A DNA stretch of 63,994 nt, filler included, from Archaeoglobus sp. JdFR-37 (GTDB lineage: Archaea > Halobacteriota > Archaeoglobi > Archaeoglobales > Archaeoglobaceae): NCBI GenBank assembly GCA_002010215.1. It is 4 parts of 4 records of this genome, joined end to end, with 100 filler letters (N's around TTAATTAATTAA, not from the genome) between each part and the next. Parts side by side here need not be neighbours in the genome. Positions count along the whole stretch, not along the records: positions 1 to 22,351 come from MTMY01000048.1; 3 more parts are not named here. The stretch is one strand, 5' to 3'. How positions within the stretch are numbered: position 1 is the first letter of the stretch; every line of letters begins with the position of its first letter. Shown one piece after another: positions 1 through 10,679 of this stretch. A program made the position numbers and the translations under genes. The notes beneath the pieces were generated by a model that saw nothing but the letters and a program-made list of their open reading frames with translations, made no database searches and was not told the origin of the DNA.

Positions 1-1
1 A

Positions 2-79
2 GCTATCAGCTACCTCGTCCTCTCAGTCTCTCTATGGTACACTTTGAGGGAGATAAGGGAGTTGGTGAAGGTTGGGTGA
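2..79 (+). CDS. C-terminal fragment of a membrane protein (runs off window start)
   Basis: Open frame AISYLVLSVSLWYTLREIRELVKVG*, hydrophobic stretch followed by charged tail. Confidence 0.45.
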   Translation, partial: AISYLVLSVSLWYTLREIRELVKVG

Positions 80-208
80 TAGGTGGTTGTAAGTTCAGAA
101 AAGCGGAAGTAAATTGAGACATTCTAAAATTTATCTTCAACGGTTAACGAACTCGAAATGCAACTTCTATATTATCATCTACAGCCGTGGGTTTTCTCAA
201 TTCTATCT

Positions 209-328
209 CTATTGTTCTGAAGACTTTACGTACTTTGTCAGCATTTCCAACTTTTGTTTTGTATGCTCTCTATCAACTTTGAGTACCTGTAAATATCTTT
301 CTTCGAAGCAATGTTTTACAGTTGGCAT
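209..328 (-). pseudogene. Possible N-terminal relic of a HEPN-domain protein
   Basis: MPTVKHCFEERYLQVLKVDREHTKQKLEMLTKYVKSSEQ* with GAGGGT upstream; resembles the CFExGxL...xxLEMA start of archaeal HEPN proteins; followed by several stops. Confidence 0.25.
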
Positions 329-454
329 CGCAATACCCTCTGACCTTTCCATTATGGTCTCAAGCCTAGAGCTATTTTAGAAGTAATCAATTTCTCTAGT
401 GAAAAGTAACTGAATGTGATTTAGCTTAAATAGTTTTCGGCATATAGACATGAC

Positions 455-832
455 ATGAACTTCTTTGAGGAACTCGAGAAAGACAGATTCAGAAGGTTCC
501 TCGGAGCTGAGATCTTAGAAGTTTCAAGGGGATATGCAAAGGTTAAAGGGGTCGTTAAAGGCGATTATCTGAACTTTCACGGAACTGCTCACGGTTCATA
601 CATAACGGCCCTCGCAGACTTTGCCTTTGCAATCGCTGGAAATTCAGATGGCATAAAAAGGTCTGCAGTTTCCATTAAAATAGACTTTTACAGGGCTGTT
701 TATGAAGATGATGAGCTGATTGCAGAAGCTAAGATCGTTCATGGGAGGAAAATAGCCTTCTTTGAACTTAAGGTGATGAGAGGAGATGATATAGTTGCTA
801 AAGGGGAGGCGATTGCCTATGGAAGGGGTTGA
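455..832 (+). CDS. PaaI-family hotdog-fold acyl-CoA thioesterase
   Basis: 125 aa with NFHGTAHGSYITALAD motif. Confidence 0.9.
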   Translation: MNFFEELEKDRFRRFLGAEILEVSRGYAKVKGVVKGDYLNFHGTAHGSYITALADFAFAIAGNSDGIKRSAVSIKIDFYRAVYEDDELIAEAKIVHGRKIAFFELKVMRGDDIVAKGEAIAYGRG

Positions 833-1203
833 AAACAGAGGTTTTGTGGTAATTGGCTTTGAGAAGTCTTGATTTGAAATAAAGCATAAAACGTTTGGCA
901 GGAGACCCACAAACGAAGTTTGGGGCACCGTGCTACGCACGTGTGAATGCTATTGAGAGCTCCTTTCTTTGTTAAAAGAGTGGGCAAAGGGGCTCATAAC
1001 AGATGCCCTTCAATACCAGTTTTGATTCAGTTCAAATCTGCTGGAGAGTTTTGTAGTATTCTGTGGTTATTGGAAGTCTTGACACTTTTCTTCTTTCGGT
1101 TTCAACTGGAATTTTGAATACTTCTGATTTGAGTACTTGTAAATCATATTTGAAGTGAATCAAGTAGTGGAGAGGAGGGTTAGATTCCCTCTTCTATACA
1201 AAA

Positions 1204-3246
1204 TCACTCCCTAAATAGTCTCTTGGCATAATCCGTAACCTTCCCCAGGACACTAATGGCCGTTATCACGTCCGGATAAACTGGGAACTCGTTAAGTTCG
1301 TAGTTGTTCTTGGTTTCAAAAACCGCCTCCCTCATCCCCTCAACGACAAAGTAAATGGGCTTTCCGTACTCCTTGATCTTCTTGAAATCCGGGCTGTAAG
1401 TGGGCTCTGCAATTTCAACTCCTGCCCATATCGCAACGATAATGGAATCGACGTTATCATCTTCAAGAAGGGCAGTGATGGCTGTATCATATGCTCTGTA
1501 TATACCATTATATTCCACCATCGGCCAGATGTCAACAGGGTTGTTCACCATGTGCCACTCAGGTGTCACCTCTGAGATTCTTTCAATGGTCTCCTTTTCT
1601 GGCTCTGCCAGTTTTAAGTTGCTGAAATATATTGCATCAGCACCCTGAACGCAACCCGAGCCGGTGTAGTGTATAAGTGCAACTCTGTCTCCTCTAGGGA
1701 GGGGCTGGAGAGAAAATGCCTTTGTAACGTTGAAGAGCTCTTCAAAGCTGTATACTCTTGTGATGTTGGCTTGTCTGCATACGGCATCAAAAACTTCGTC
1801 ATCACCGCAAATGGATGCTGTGTGACTCAGTGCTGCCTTCTGACCGTAAATACTTCTCCCACTTTTGAAGACCACAATCGGCTTTTTTGCCTGCTTTGAA
1901 ACCTCATAGAAAGCCCTTCCGTTTTTGATTCCCTCTACATACATTCCTATTACCCTCGTCTCTCTATCATCAAGCAGGAAATCCAGAACTTCGTAATCCT
2001 CCACATCTGCTTTATTCCCCATTCCCACTACCTTGCTGAAGCCTATGCTTGGATGATTTGTTGCCACGTGCGCCATCATTATGCCAAGGAAAAGCCCGGT
2101 CTGTGCAACGATTCCAATTTTCCCCACCTTTATCACCGGCATCTTTGCAAATGTAGTTATGAAGCTGTTATCCGTATTGAGAACTCCAGTTGTGTTGGGA
2201 CCGAAAACCCGGATTCCATTCTTTTTAGCGATTTCGAGTACCTTCCTCTCGTACTCCGCCCCAACTTCACCTTCCTCGCTGAATCCTGAGCTAACTATTA
2301 CAACTCCTTTCACCATCTTCTCCGCACATTGCTCCATGACTTCCGGCACAATTCTCGCTGGAACCGCGATGATTGCTACATCAACGTCGTCCGGTATATC
2401 GAGGATGCTCGGGTAGCATCTGTAGTCCAGTATCCTGTCTGCATTTGGATTGACAGGGAATACTTTTCCCGTAAATCCGTGCTGCTTTAAATTCCAGACA
2501 ATGTTGTATCCTGGCTTTCCAACCGTTCTCGAAGCCCCGATAACTGCAACGCTTTCGGGGTAGAAGAGTCTGAAGAGTTCATCTCTGCTAAGTTTCCTCC
2601 TAAAGCTTTTCCTCTCACCAACAACAGCCCTTGCGTCAGCTACAGCATAACCTTTTTCGTAAACAAAAACGGGATTCAAATCCATCTCGATTATGTTCTC
2701 CTCCTCAACAACCTTGCTTACCTTGAGTAGCAAATCAACCAGAGCGTTGAAATCTCCCTTATAACCCCTGAAACCCTCAATCAGCTTGTGACCTCTAACT
2801 TCTTTGATCATCTCCACAGCATCTCTTCTTGTAAGTGGCAGGAGCCTGATGGAAACATCCTGTAAAACTTCAACAAAAACACCGCCAAGGCCGAACATGA
2901 TGACACTGCCAAACTGCTGGTTTTCAGAAACACCGACTATAACTTCTATACCCATCTCAAGCATCGGCTGAACATTTACGCCTTCAGCACCTTCAATTGC
3001 CATGAGCCTCCTGAAAGCCCTCCTAACTTCTTCCTCATTCCTGATTCCAAGGACAACTCCGCCAGTATCACTCTTATGGACTATTTTACGAGATGCTACT
3101 TTCATAACAACTGGAACGGCTGGAAAACCAACCTCCCTTGCAGCATCAACGGCTTCGTCTTCACTTTCTACGAACTTACATCTTGCAGTTTTTATTCCAT
3201 GCTCTTCCAGAATCTCTTTGACTTCGTGCTCCATCAAGAATTTCAT
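1204..3246 (-). CDS. ADP-forming acyl-CoA synthetase, fused beta(ATP-grasp)-alpha(CoA-binding) type
   Basis: N-terminal HKSDTGGV and EMDLNPV ATP-grasp motifs; then VAVIGAS, GPNT and phospho-His motif SHTAS. Confidence 0.92.
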   Translation of the reverse strand: MKFLMEHEVKEILEEHGIKTARCKFVESEDEAVDAAREVGFPAVPVVMKVASRKIVHKSDTGGVVLGIRNEEEVRRAFRRLMAIEGAEGVNVQPMLEMGIEVIVGVSENQQFGSVIMFGLGGVFVEVLQDVSIRLLPLTRRDAVEMIKEVRGHKLIEGFRGYKGDFNALVDLLLKVSKVVEEENIIEMDLNPVFVYEKGYAVADARAVVGERKSFRRKLSRDELFRLFYPESVAVIGASRTVGKPGYNIVWNLKQHGFTGKVFPVNPNADRILDYRCYPSILDIPDDVDVAIIAVPARIVPEVMEQCAEKMVKGVVIVSSGFSEEGEVGAEYERKVLEIAKKNGIRVFGPNTTGVLNTDNSFITTFAKMPVIKVGKIGIVAQTGLFLGIMMAHVATNHPSIGFSKVVGMGNKADVEDYEVLDFLLDDRETRVIGMYVEGIKNGRAFYEVSKQAKKPIVVFKSGRSIYGQKAALSHTASICGDDEVFDAVCRQANITRVYSFEELFNVTKAFSLQPLPRGDRVALIHYTGSGCVQGADAIYFSNLKLAEPEKETIERISEVTPEWHMVNNPVDIWPMVEYNGIYRAYDTAITALLEDDNVDSIIVAIWAGVEIAEPTYSPDFKKIKEYGKPIYFVVEGMREAVFETKNNYELNEFPVYPDVITAISVLGKVTDYAKRLFRE

Positions 3247-3348
3247 GATGCTAGTTTTTAGAGTTCATTATAAATATTGTCCATTACTTTTGGCAGGTAG
3301 CAATCTCAAGAGACAATCAATGAAATTTTGCTCTCAAACAACTAAGTT

Positions 3349-3816
3349 TTATAGCAAATCTTTTTCGAGAATCACACCTCTTTCCTCAAACCCGCACCTT
3401 TTATAGAACTCCTTCGCCTTGGTGTTAGTGAACTCAGTACTCACTTCAACCTCGGAGCATCCGAGCTGCTTGCACTTTTCGACAGCAGCATCTAGCAACT
3501 CCCTGCCCACACCTTTGTCACGGAAACTGCTTGCAACAACCAGTTCGTCAATCAATGCCGAAGGAGCGGAATGCAAAAGCGTTTTGCGGGTTGTGAAATT
3601 GATAAATCCCACGACAGCTCCACCCATCTCTGCAACCAGAATGTAGGAGTTAACTTCATTTAAGATGTCTCGGCATCTCTCATGCACCCTGTCAACCTCA
3701 ATACCTCTTCTGATCTCCATTGCGTCAACGAGTTCCATTACTAATTCTCCAATCATTGGTAAATCAGACCCTTCTGCTTCTCTGATGCAGATATTGCTCA
3801 TTTGGATATCACTCAT
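3349..3816 (-). CDS. GNAT-family N-acetyltransferase
   Basis: LVVASSFRDKGVGRELL acetyl-CoA motif and AKEFYKRCGF. Confidence 0.88.
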   Translation of the reverse strand: MSDIQMSNICIREAEGSDLPMIGELVMELVDAMEIRRGIEVDRVHERCRDILNEVNSYILVAEMGGAVVGFINFTTRKTLLHSAPSALIDELVVASSFRDKGVGRELLDAAVEKCKQLGCSEVEVSTEFTNTKAKEFYKRCGFEERGVILEKDLL

Positions 3817-3919
3817 CCATGCTCACCTTTCGTTCCTGCTTAAGAAAATAGTATATCGTCTTTTCTACTCTCCATCTTCGACCAGAGAAGTTATCAACAC
3901 CTTCTCTGTTCTCACCGTG

Positions 3920-4789
3920 ATGCTCAGGAAACTGTTTGATAAACTGTTTAACAAGTGGGTGGTGCTAATATCCACGATTCTCTTCTGGGGACTTGCCTTT
4001 ACTGCCATCAAGTACTCAGTCAACTACCTCAGCCCGGTGGAGCTTGCGGCTCTTAGGTTTGCGATTGCCGATTTATTCTTTGTAACAGGGATTGCATTAA
4101 ATGGGCTCAGGGTTGATAAAGGCGACATCCCAGCAGTTTTTGCGCTGGGCATCTTTGGGGTGGTGATTTACCATACTGCCCTGAATGCAGGAGAAATTTA
4201 CATAAGTTCGGGCGTCGCAAGCCTTATAATCTCCACAGCCCCCATTTTCGTCCTTATGTTCTCATGGGCCTTTTTAAAAGAGAGAATTACAAAATTAAAG
4301 GTGCTTGGGACGCTGATAGCCTTTGCTGGAGTGGCGGCTCTCTCAAAACCAGAAACCGGCAATGGCGATGTAGCTGGAATTTTACTCGTCCTCCTGAGTG
4401 CCATCTCCGCGGCAGCCTACACAGTGCTGGGAAAAAGGCTGATGGGTAAATATGATTCTGTCACGCTTACGAATTACGCAATGATGCTCGGCTCAATTCC
4501 TCTACTTGTATTTGCAGCTCCTGCAGTTAAAAAAGTTTTAAACGTTCCTGATTTCACCTTAATCTCATCAATCCTTTTTCTGGGGATTTTTTCCACATAC
4601 CTTGGATATCAGGGGTGGTACTACTTTCTTCAAAGAGAAGAGGCCTCCAGAGCATCAGTTTTCCTTCTGGCAATACCCTTTGTCGCTATATTAGCTGGTG
4701 CTCTTTTGCTGAATGAATCGATTACACTTCTGACTGTCGTCGGAGGCCTTGCAGTGGTATTGGGGATTGTTGTGGTTATAAAAAGCTGA
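3920..4789 (+). CDS. EamA/DMT family transporter
   Basis: About 10 TM segments, duplicated EamA halves (FWG...LRF, LKERIT, LLNESIT); start moved to ATG 3920 to avoid overlapping the GNAT gene. Confidence 0.88.
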   Translation: MLRKLFDKLFNKWVVLISTILFWGLAFTAIKYSVNYLSPVELAALRFAIADLFFVTGIALNGLRVDKGDIPAVFALGIFGVVIYHTALNAGEIYISSGVASLIISTAPIFVLMFSWAFLKERITKLKVLGTLIAFAGVAALSKPETGNGDVAGILLVLLSAISAAAYTVLGKRLMGKYDSVTLTNYAMMLGSIPLLVFAAPAVKKVLNVPDFTLISSILFLGIFSTYLGYQGWYYFLQREEASRASVFLLAIPFVAILAGALLLNESITLLTVVGGLAVVLGIVVVIKS

Positions 4790-4807
4790 AAATGGATTTA
4801 TCCCCAT

Positions 4808-6217
4808 TTATCTCGAAAGCTTCCTTTTTACCTCTCCATATTCAGCCAAAGCTGCCATGGCCTTGGCAGCAAGCTCGGGAGTCGGGAAAGTGGGCACTCC
4901 GTTTTCTTCCAGCTTCTCTTTTTCTTTCTCCCAGATGCTCAGTGGATACTTCAGACACATGGTGATTGGTTTTCCTGAGCTCTCCGCAGCATCAATTATG
5001 GCATCAGTCGGCAGTTTCAGGAAGTCATCTCCCCACGAATAGATGTAATTCAGAACGACGCCCTGTACATTCTCGTCCTCGAACACAGCTTTTATCACTT
5101 CCCCGCACACGTCTGGATCATTTGCTACGAAGCCCAGATCAACGGGATTGGTTCTTATAGTGTAGGGCGGGAGGAGTTTGAATATCTCTTCCTTTGTCTC
5201 CTTTGTAAACTCTACAAGCTTCAGTCCCGTCTCCTCGCACACATCTGCTGCAACCATTCCTAAGCCAGCCACCAGAGAGACGACAGCAACGTTTCTGCCT
5301 TCTGGCGGGTTCTGAAAAGCAAGAGCCTTTGCTGAAGAGATGAGTTCAATCAAATCCTCCACCACTATAATCCCCGCCTGCCTGAATGCAGATTTGTAGA
5401 TTGTGTAGTTTCCAGCAAGGGATCCGGTGTGAGATTTCGCCGCTCTGTTTGCTGCTTCGAACCTTCCGGCTTTATATGCTACTATCGGCTTTCTCTTCAC
5501 AACTTCTCTTGCAACCTCAATCATCTCCCTCGGATTGTCAATGCCTTCCACGTAGAGTGCTATGCTCCTCGTTTCCTCATCGAAAGCCAGATATTCCAGC
5601 ATATCAGCGAAGTCAACATTGAGCCTGTTTCCAAGCCCCACGATTTTGCTCAGGCCTATTCCTTCCTGAATTGCGTATGGAAAGAGGAGATGGCAGACTC
5701 CACCACTCTGGCTTATCAGAGCAATATTCCCTTTTTTGACTTCAGAAAGGACTGGTGTGAAACTCGCATTGAGATTTGCGTGTGTGTTGACCATGCCGAA
5801 GGTGTTGGGGCCGATAACCTTGATTCCTGCGCTATTAACGAGTTCAGCAAGCTCTCTGTGAAGTTCACTCCCATCTTCTATCTCCGCCTCCCTGAAACCG
5901 GCTGTCACTATTACAAGAGCTTTAACTCCTTTTTCTATGCATTCCTTAATCACATCAAAGAGCATCTGTCTCTGCACGACGAGAATTGCTAGGTCCACTT
6001 TTCTTGGAATGTCTTTCAGGGAAGGATAAGTTTTCAAACCAAATAATGTGCTGTAGTTGGGATTTACTGGATATATGTTTCCCGGAAAGTTTCTGATGAG
6101 ACTCTTCAGCACATGGCACCCCATCTTTTTTGAATTGTTTGTTGCTCCAACAACTGCAACACTCTCTGGGTAGAAGAGTGGTTTAAAGGCTTCAGAACTC
6201 TCTTTGTTTAAATCCAT
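4808..6217 (-). CDS. ADP-forming acyl-CoA synthetase alpha subunit (no ATP-grasp domain)
   Basis: VAVVGAT, GPNTFG, SQSGG, SHTGSLAG phospho-His motif, NPVDL. Confidence 0.9.
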   Translation of the reverse strand: MDLNKESSEAFKPLFYPESVAVVGATNNSKKMGCHVLKSLIRNFPGNIYPVNPNYSTLFGLKTYPSLKDIPRKVDLAILVVQRQMLFDVIKECIEKGVKALVIVTAGFREAEIEDGSELHRELAELVNSAGIKVIGPNTFGMVNTHANLNASFTPVLSEVKKGNIALISQSGGVCHLLFPYAIQEGIGLSKIVGLGNRLNVDFADMLEYLAFDEETRSIALYVEGIDNPREMIEVAREVVKRKPIVAYKAGRFEAANRAAKSHTGSLAGNYTIYKSAFRQAGIIVVEDLIELISSAKALAFQNPPEGRNVAVVSLVAGLGMVAADVCEETGLKLVEFTKETKEEIFKLLPPYTIRTNPVDLGFVANDPDVCGEVIKAVFEDENVQGVVLNYIYSWGDDFLKLPTDAIIDAAESSGKPITMCLKYPLSIWEKEKEKLEENGVPTFPTPELAAKAMAALAEYGEVKRKLSR

Positions 6218-6342
6218 GTTTCAAATCTGAATCGAGTAATTAAATAATTCTTTTGATGGTTGCCAGATTATTGTCCAGATTATTGCCAGATATTCAGCAG
6301 AACAAATTCCAGAAAATTTTATCCAACTTCTGCAATCTGTTT

Positions 6343-6672
6343 TTACTTTAACTCTTCAAGCACTCCTTTAAATTGGGCAACAAGATCCCCTCTTTCTCTT
6401 TCCTCATCTATTGATATAACTGTCATGACTGTCATAACTGTCCCATCGAAATTTTGGCTGATTGAGTTTATTGACTCCACCGCACACCCTCTTTTACAAC
6501 CACTTATACCCACTACCACATCAGCCTTCTTCAAACCTTCCAAATCTCCAGAAGAAATATGGAAGAAATGGGCTTCCGGGAAGCTCTCTCTAAGGATTTC
6601 CTCTATCTTTTCACGCCTGAATGCTGGATTGCATCCTCCACAGTACTTTATACCGATCTTGACTGCCATCAA
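6343..6672 (-). CDS. Small Cys-rich protein (KYCGGCNP...GCKRGC)
   Basis: Starts 2 bp after the dehydratase stop; four clustered Cys. Confidence 0.75.
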   Translation of the reverse strand: MMAVKIGIKYCGGCNPAFRREKIEEILRESFPEAHFFHISSGDLEGLKKADVVVGISGCKRGCAVESINSISQNFDGTVMTVMTVISIDEERERGDLVAQFKGVLEELK

Positions 6673-6674
6673 AT

Positions 6675-8192
6675 TCAGCCATTCTTTATCTTTTTCAGCA
6701 TCTCCTTGAAAAACTCCTCCTCACTCTTCCCCACTATCTTTCTGAAGTGCTCGTCCTTGCTAACCCCTGCAATAATCTTGGCAAGCTCTTTCTTCATGTC
6801 CACGCTGCCCCTTCTCCATATCATTATTTTCTGAGCCTGCGGAGATCCTGCTCCGTGCATGGACTCCGGCAGCTGAGCTCCAATTGCAAGATTCTCAACC
6901 AGCCTGAACATCCTCAGCCTGTGCTCAGTTTCAACACCATCAACGCCTTTCATGTACTTCTCAATCAGCTCTCTGGTCTCAGGATTCCTCAGATCCTTCT
7001 CAGAAGGCGTGGTTATTACGAACCCACCAGCAATGTCTTGGGCGAGCCTCGACCACTCGTAGGGGAAGCGAGTCACATTCAGTTTTGTCACATTTGCAAG
7101 CATTGGGTTCGGCACGTAAGCCCCCGAAGGCGTTTTGTAACCTTCATAGGAGCATGCTAGGGAGCAGCACCAGCAGGTTTCGGCCAGATGAATCATCTCC
7201 GTCAGCTTGTCGACGATATGCGATGCTTTTGCAACTCCATTATATTCTGCCAGATTTGCTGTTGCGCCTATCAGCACATCAGCAACACCAACCTTGCATC
7301 CGCCATAGTTCTGCCTGTGGAAGGTTGCAAATGTTTCAACAAGCTGGGCTGCAAAATCGTATTCGCCACACATGAACACCCTTTCCCAGGGAACAAAGAC
7401 ATCGTTGAAGATCATCAGAGTTTCTCCACCCACTATGCCGTACTTTGCATTTCCGCAGTCTATGTCTCCATCCAGTCTTCTGGTGTCGTTTGTTTGTCTT
7501 GAGAATATATTTATCAACCCTTCAGCATCTATGGGTACAGCAAAGGATACAGCATAGTCCTTATCTTCAGGCCCCAAAGCTCTTGTTGGCATTACAATGA
7601 CCTCGTGGGAGTTCACGGCTCCAGTCTGATGTGCCTTCGCCCCTCTGACAACAATTCCATCCTCCCTTCTCTCGACGACATGCACATACAAGTCGGGATC
7701 CTTTTGCTGATGCGGTCTAAGACTTCTGTCACCCTTGACATCGGTCATAGCTCCAACACACATCAAGTCGTTCCTCTGCACGTATTTTAGGAAGTCCACA
7801 AACCTCTGATGATAATCTGTGCCGTGTTTCTTGTCAACATCGTAAGTTGTTATATAGAGGGCATTCAGAGCGTCGAAGCCTACGCATCGCTGGAAGCACG
7901 TGCCGGTTTTCTGGCCAAGCAATCTCATCATTCTTACTTTCTTAACCAGATCATCCACGCTTTGATGGATGTGAGTGAACCTGTTTATCTTCTCCCCAGT
8001 CAGATGCGATGTTGCCGTCATGATATCTTCATATCTCGCATCATGGGCAAGCTCATACGTCATAGCAGCAGCATGAATGTGGGGGCGAAACATCGGCTCG
8101 TCTGCAACGCTTTCAATTTTCCTGCCCATGAAGTATATTGTCGGCCTGTATTTTCTCAAACTCTCAATATACTCCTTTCCGTTCATCATCAT
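6675..8192 (-). CDS. abfD: 4-hydroxybutyryl-CoA dehydratase / vinylacetyl-CoA isomerase
   Basis: CFQRCVG, MTDVKGDRS, HRQNYGGCK Fe-S ligands and ESMHGAGSP. Confidence 0.92.
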   Translation of the reverse strand: MMMNGKEYIESLRKYRPTIYFMGRKIESVADEPMFRPHIHAAAMTYELAHDARYEDIMTATSHLTGEKINRFTHIHQSVDDLVKKVRMMRLLGQKTGTCFQRCVGFDALNALYITTYDVDKKHGTDYHQRFVDFLKYVQRNDLMCVGAMTDVKGDRSLRPHQQKDPDLYVHVVERREDGIVVRGAKAHQTGAVNSHEVIVMPTRALGPEDKDYAVSFAVPIDAEGLINIFSRQTNDTRRLDGDIDCGNAKYGIVGGETLMIFNDVFVPWERVFMCGEYDFAAQLVETFATFHRQNYGGCKVGVADVLIGATANLAEYNGVAKASHIVDKLTEMIHLAETCWCCSLACSYEGYKTPSGAYVPNPMLANVTKLNVTRFPYEWSRLAQDIAGGFVITTPSEKDLRNPETRELIEKYMKGVDGVETEHRLRMFRLVENLAIGAQLPESMHGAGSPQAQKIMIWRRGSVDMKKELAKIIAGVSKDEHFRKIVGKSEEEFFKEMLKKIKNG

Positions 8193-8264
8193 ATCTCCTC
8201 CTTTTTTGATTACGTTTATCCTTCTAATTATCTCTCATGACACCTCCGATCTGCATCCCAAACC

Positions 8265-9302
8265 TTAATCCTTGAAAGCTGGCAGTATCCTGTTAGCAAA
8301 AACATCCATGACGTATTTCGGATCGGGACCCATGTTTATCAGGATGAAGTGCTCAACCCCTGCCTTAACGAACTCCTCAACCTTCTGCAGGCAGTCTTCA
8401 GGCGTTCCAACTATTGAGAAGTCCTCAACAGCTTCGTCCGGCACGTATTTCCCAAATTCCTCGTATTTTCTCATTCCATCCTCTCTGAGGGTGATTTCAG
8501 AGTAGAGGTTCTTCCCAAGATGCTCCGGGATTTCAACGTTGTAGCCTGCCTCCTCGATGACCTTTGGGAAGAAAGCCACTATGGGCTTTATCTTCTTGAG
8601 CTGTTCAAATGCATCATCATATTTATCTGCTACAGCGGTGTAGATGTAGATTCCACACTCGAAATTGTTCAGGCTTCTTCCAGCTTTCTCTGCTGCGTCT
8701 TCAATCTCCTTCAGGTGCTTTCTGTAAAGCTGAGGAGGTCGAGGGGTGGGCAGCCACCCGTCAGCAATCTCTCCTGTCAGCCTTCTGGTTCTTGGACCAT
8801 TAGCTCCGAAGTAGATTGGTATGGAGCTCCTCACAGGTTTTACCTGAAGTAAAGCATCTTGGAATTTCCAGAATTTTCCATTGTAGCTAACCCTTTCCTC
8901 TTTCCAGAGCATCCTGACAATCCTTGTAAACTCCTCCATTCTGGAAACCGGCTTATCCCACAGTATACCGAACTGATCCAGATTCATTGCCTCTCCTGGA
9001 CCCAAGCCTATGATCATTCTGCCATTGGAGATTTGATCCATGGTGGCAGCTTCCTGAGCAAAAACGGCCGGATGTCTTCTGTGAGGGTCTGAAACACACG
9101 TGCCGAGCTGAATCCTCTCTGTAACTGTAGCAATTGAGGTAAGCAGGCTGAAAGCCTCAGGAACGATTCCCGTAGGAATCATCAGGAGGTGATCTGGAGC
9201 CCACACTGAATCGAAGCCAGAATCCTCAATCCTTTTGGCAATTTTTATCAGGTTGTTTACGGGCATTGCAGGTATGGGCAGCAGAAATCCGAATTTGGTC
9301 AT
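8265..9302 (-). CDS. LLM-class, probably F420-dependent, oxidoreductase
   Basis: GFDSVWAPDH, RRHPAVFAQ, GLGPGE, ADGWLP; start at MTKFGFLL. Confidence 0.88.
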   Translation of the reverse strand: MTKFGFLLPIPAMPVNNLIKIAKRIEDSGFDSVWAPDHLLMIPTGIVPEAFSLLTSIATVTERIQLGTCVSDPHRRHPAVFAQEAATMDQISNGRMIIGLGPGEAMNLDQFGILWDKPVSRMEEFTRIVRMLWKEERVSYNGKFWKFQDALLQVKPVRSSIPIYFGANGPRTRRLTGEIADGWLPTPRPPQLYRKHLKEIEDAAEKAGRSLNNFECGIYIYTAVADKYDDAFEQLKKIKPIVAFFPKVIEEAGYNVEIPEHLGKNLYSEITLREDGMRKYEEFGKYVPDEAVEDFSIVGTPEDCLQKVEEFVKAGVEHFILINMGPDPKYVMDVFANRILPAFKD

Positions 9303-9333
9303 GTTATCACTCTCCTCTGTAACGACCGTAACG

Positions 9334-10662
9334 TCACTCCAGAACAAATTCAACCCTCTTTGCCTTGAACTCGGTCCTCTCAAGGCTGTTGGGTGGAAGT
9401 ATCTCAACTTCAACCCTGACGAGCAGAAAATCTCTCAGAGCCTTTTTGACTCTTTCTTTCAGCTCCCCTACGTTCTTCACTTCAGTAGCAAGCTCCGCAA
9501 GAACCTCAACATTGGTTACTATGCCAGTATCCTCGCTCTTGGTCACAACAATCTTGTACTCATTGCCTAACTCCGGGAATGATCTTATGACTTCCTCTAT
9601 CTGACTTGGGTACACATTTTCGCCCTTGAAAACGATCATATCGTCAGCCCTACCAAGAATGCCCCCAACAGCCCTGATGTGAGTTCTACCACATCCACAT
9701 TTCTCGTCTTCAAGCTTGACGATATCGTTAGTCCAGTATCTTATCATTGGCGTACCCTCTCTGCTGAGATGGGTTATAACAAGCACACCTTTCTCTCCCA
9801 CTGATAAGGGTTCTCTTGTTTCTGGATCTAGAACTTCAATCAGGTAGTGATCCTCCACAAAATGCAGTCCAGCCTTTTCTCTGCATTCAGCTGCAAAGGT
9901 GGGGCCAATTTCTGCCAAACCATAGAAGTCGTAGGCATCAATCCCTAACCCATCCTCAAGCCTTTTTCTGGTAGCAGGATTCTCAGTGCCGGCTTCGCCA
10001 CCAAAAGAGCCAATTCTGAGGTTTATATCTTCTGGTTTAACTCCCTTTTCTTTAAGCTTCTCTGAAATGTACAGACCAAAAGAGGGTGTTGCGAATAAAA
10101 CAGTTGATTTTGCGTGCTGTAGGTAATAAATTTGTCTCTCAGATGACGTTGCACCGATTGGAATGACAAAGGAACCTATTTTTGCTGCGGCATAGTGTAC
10201 AGCTATTCCAGCAACCCATAATCCGTAGCTGAACCCGTTCTGTATCACATCCTCTTTCCTGACACCAAACCCCCAGATGAGTCTGGCTGTGTGGTCGGTG
10301 ATTATTTCCGTGTCTCTGTAAGTCCACAGGGTGTTTACGGGAACGCCTGTTGTGCCTGTAGAAGGATGGAGTTCCCTCCAGTCTGATGGTGGAGCAACAG
10401 CATATCTGCCAAAAGGAGGATAACTCGTTTGCTCCTGCCGCAATTCACCCTTTGTAACAACGGGGAGTTTTGAAATGTCGTCGAGAGATTTTATATCTTC
10501 CGGCTTAACCCCTACCTTCTTAAACCGCTCCCTGTAAAACTCAGAGTGCTTGTAGACCCTTTCCACCTGCCATTTCAGCTTTTTCAGCTGAAGTTTTTCA
10601 AGTTCATCCCTTTTCATCGTTTCAACCTGTGGGTTCCAATATTCAGCCTTCGCATTTTTCAC
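9334..10662 (-). CDS. Phenylacetate-CoA ligase family protein
   Basis: STGTTG P-loop, YGLAE, RYWTND, GRADDM, C-terminal KAKRV. Confidence 0.9.
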   Translation of the reverse strand: MKNAKAEYWNPQVETMKRDELEKLQLKKLKWQVERVYKHSEFYRERFKKVGVKPEDIKSLDDISKLPVVTKGELRQEQTSYPPFGRYAVAPPSDWRELHPSTGTTGVPVNTLWTYRDTEIITDHTARLIWGFGVRKEDVIQNGFSYGLWVAGIAVHYAAAKIGSFVIPIGATSSERQIYYLQHAKSTVLFATPSFGLYISEKLKEKGVKPEDINLRIGSFGGEAGTENPATRKRLEDGLGIDAYDFYGLAEIGPTFAAECREKAGLHFVEDHYLIEVLDPETREPLSVGEKGVLVITHLSREGTPMIRYWTNDIVKLEDEKCGCGRTHIRAVGGILGRADDMIVFKGENVYPSQIEEVIRSFPELGNEYKIVVTKSEDTGIVTNVEVLAELATEVKNVGELKERVKKALRDFLLVRVEVEILPPNSLERTEFKAKRVEFVLE

Positions 10663-10679
10663 ATTTACACCCCCGCTAA

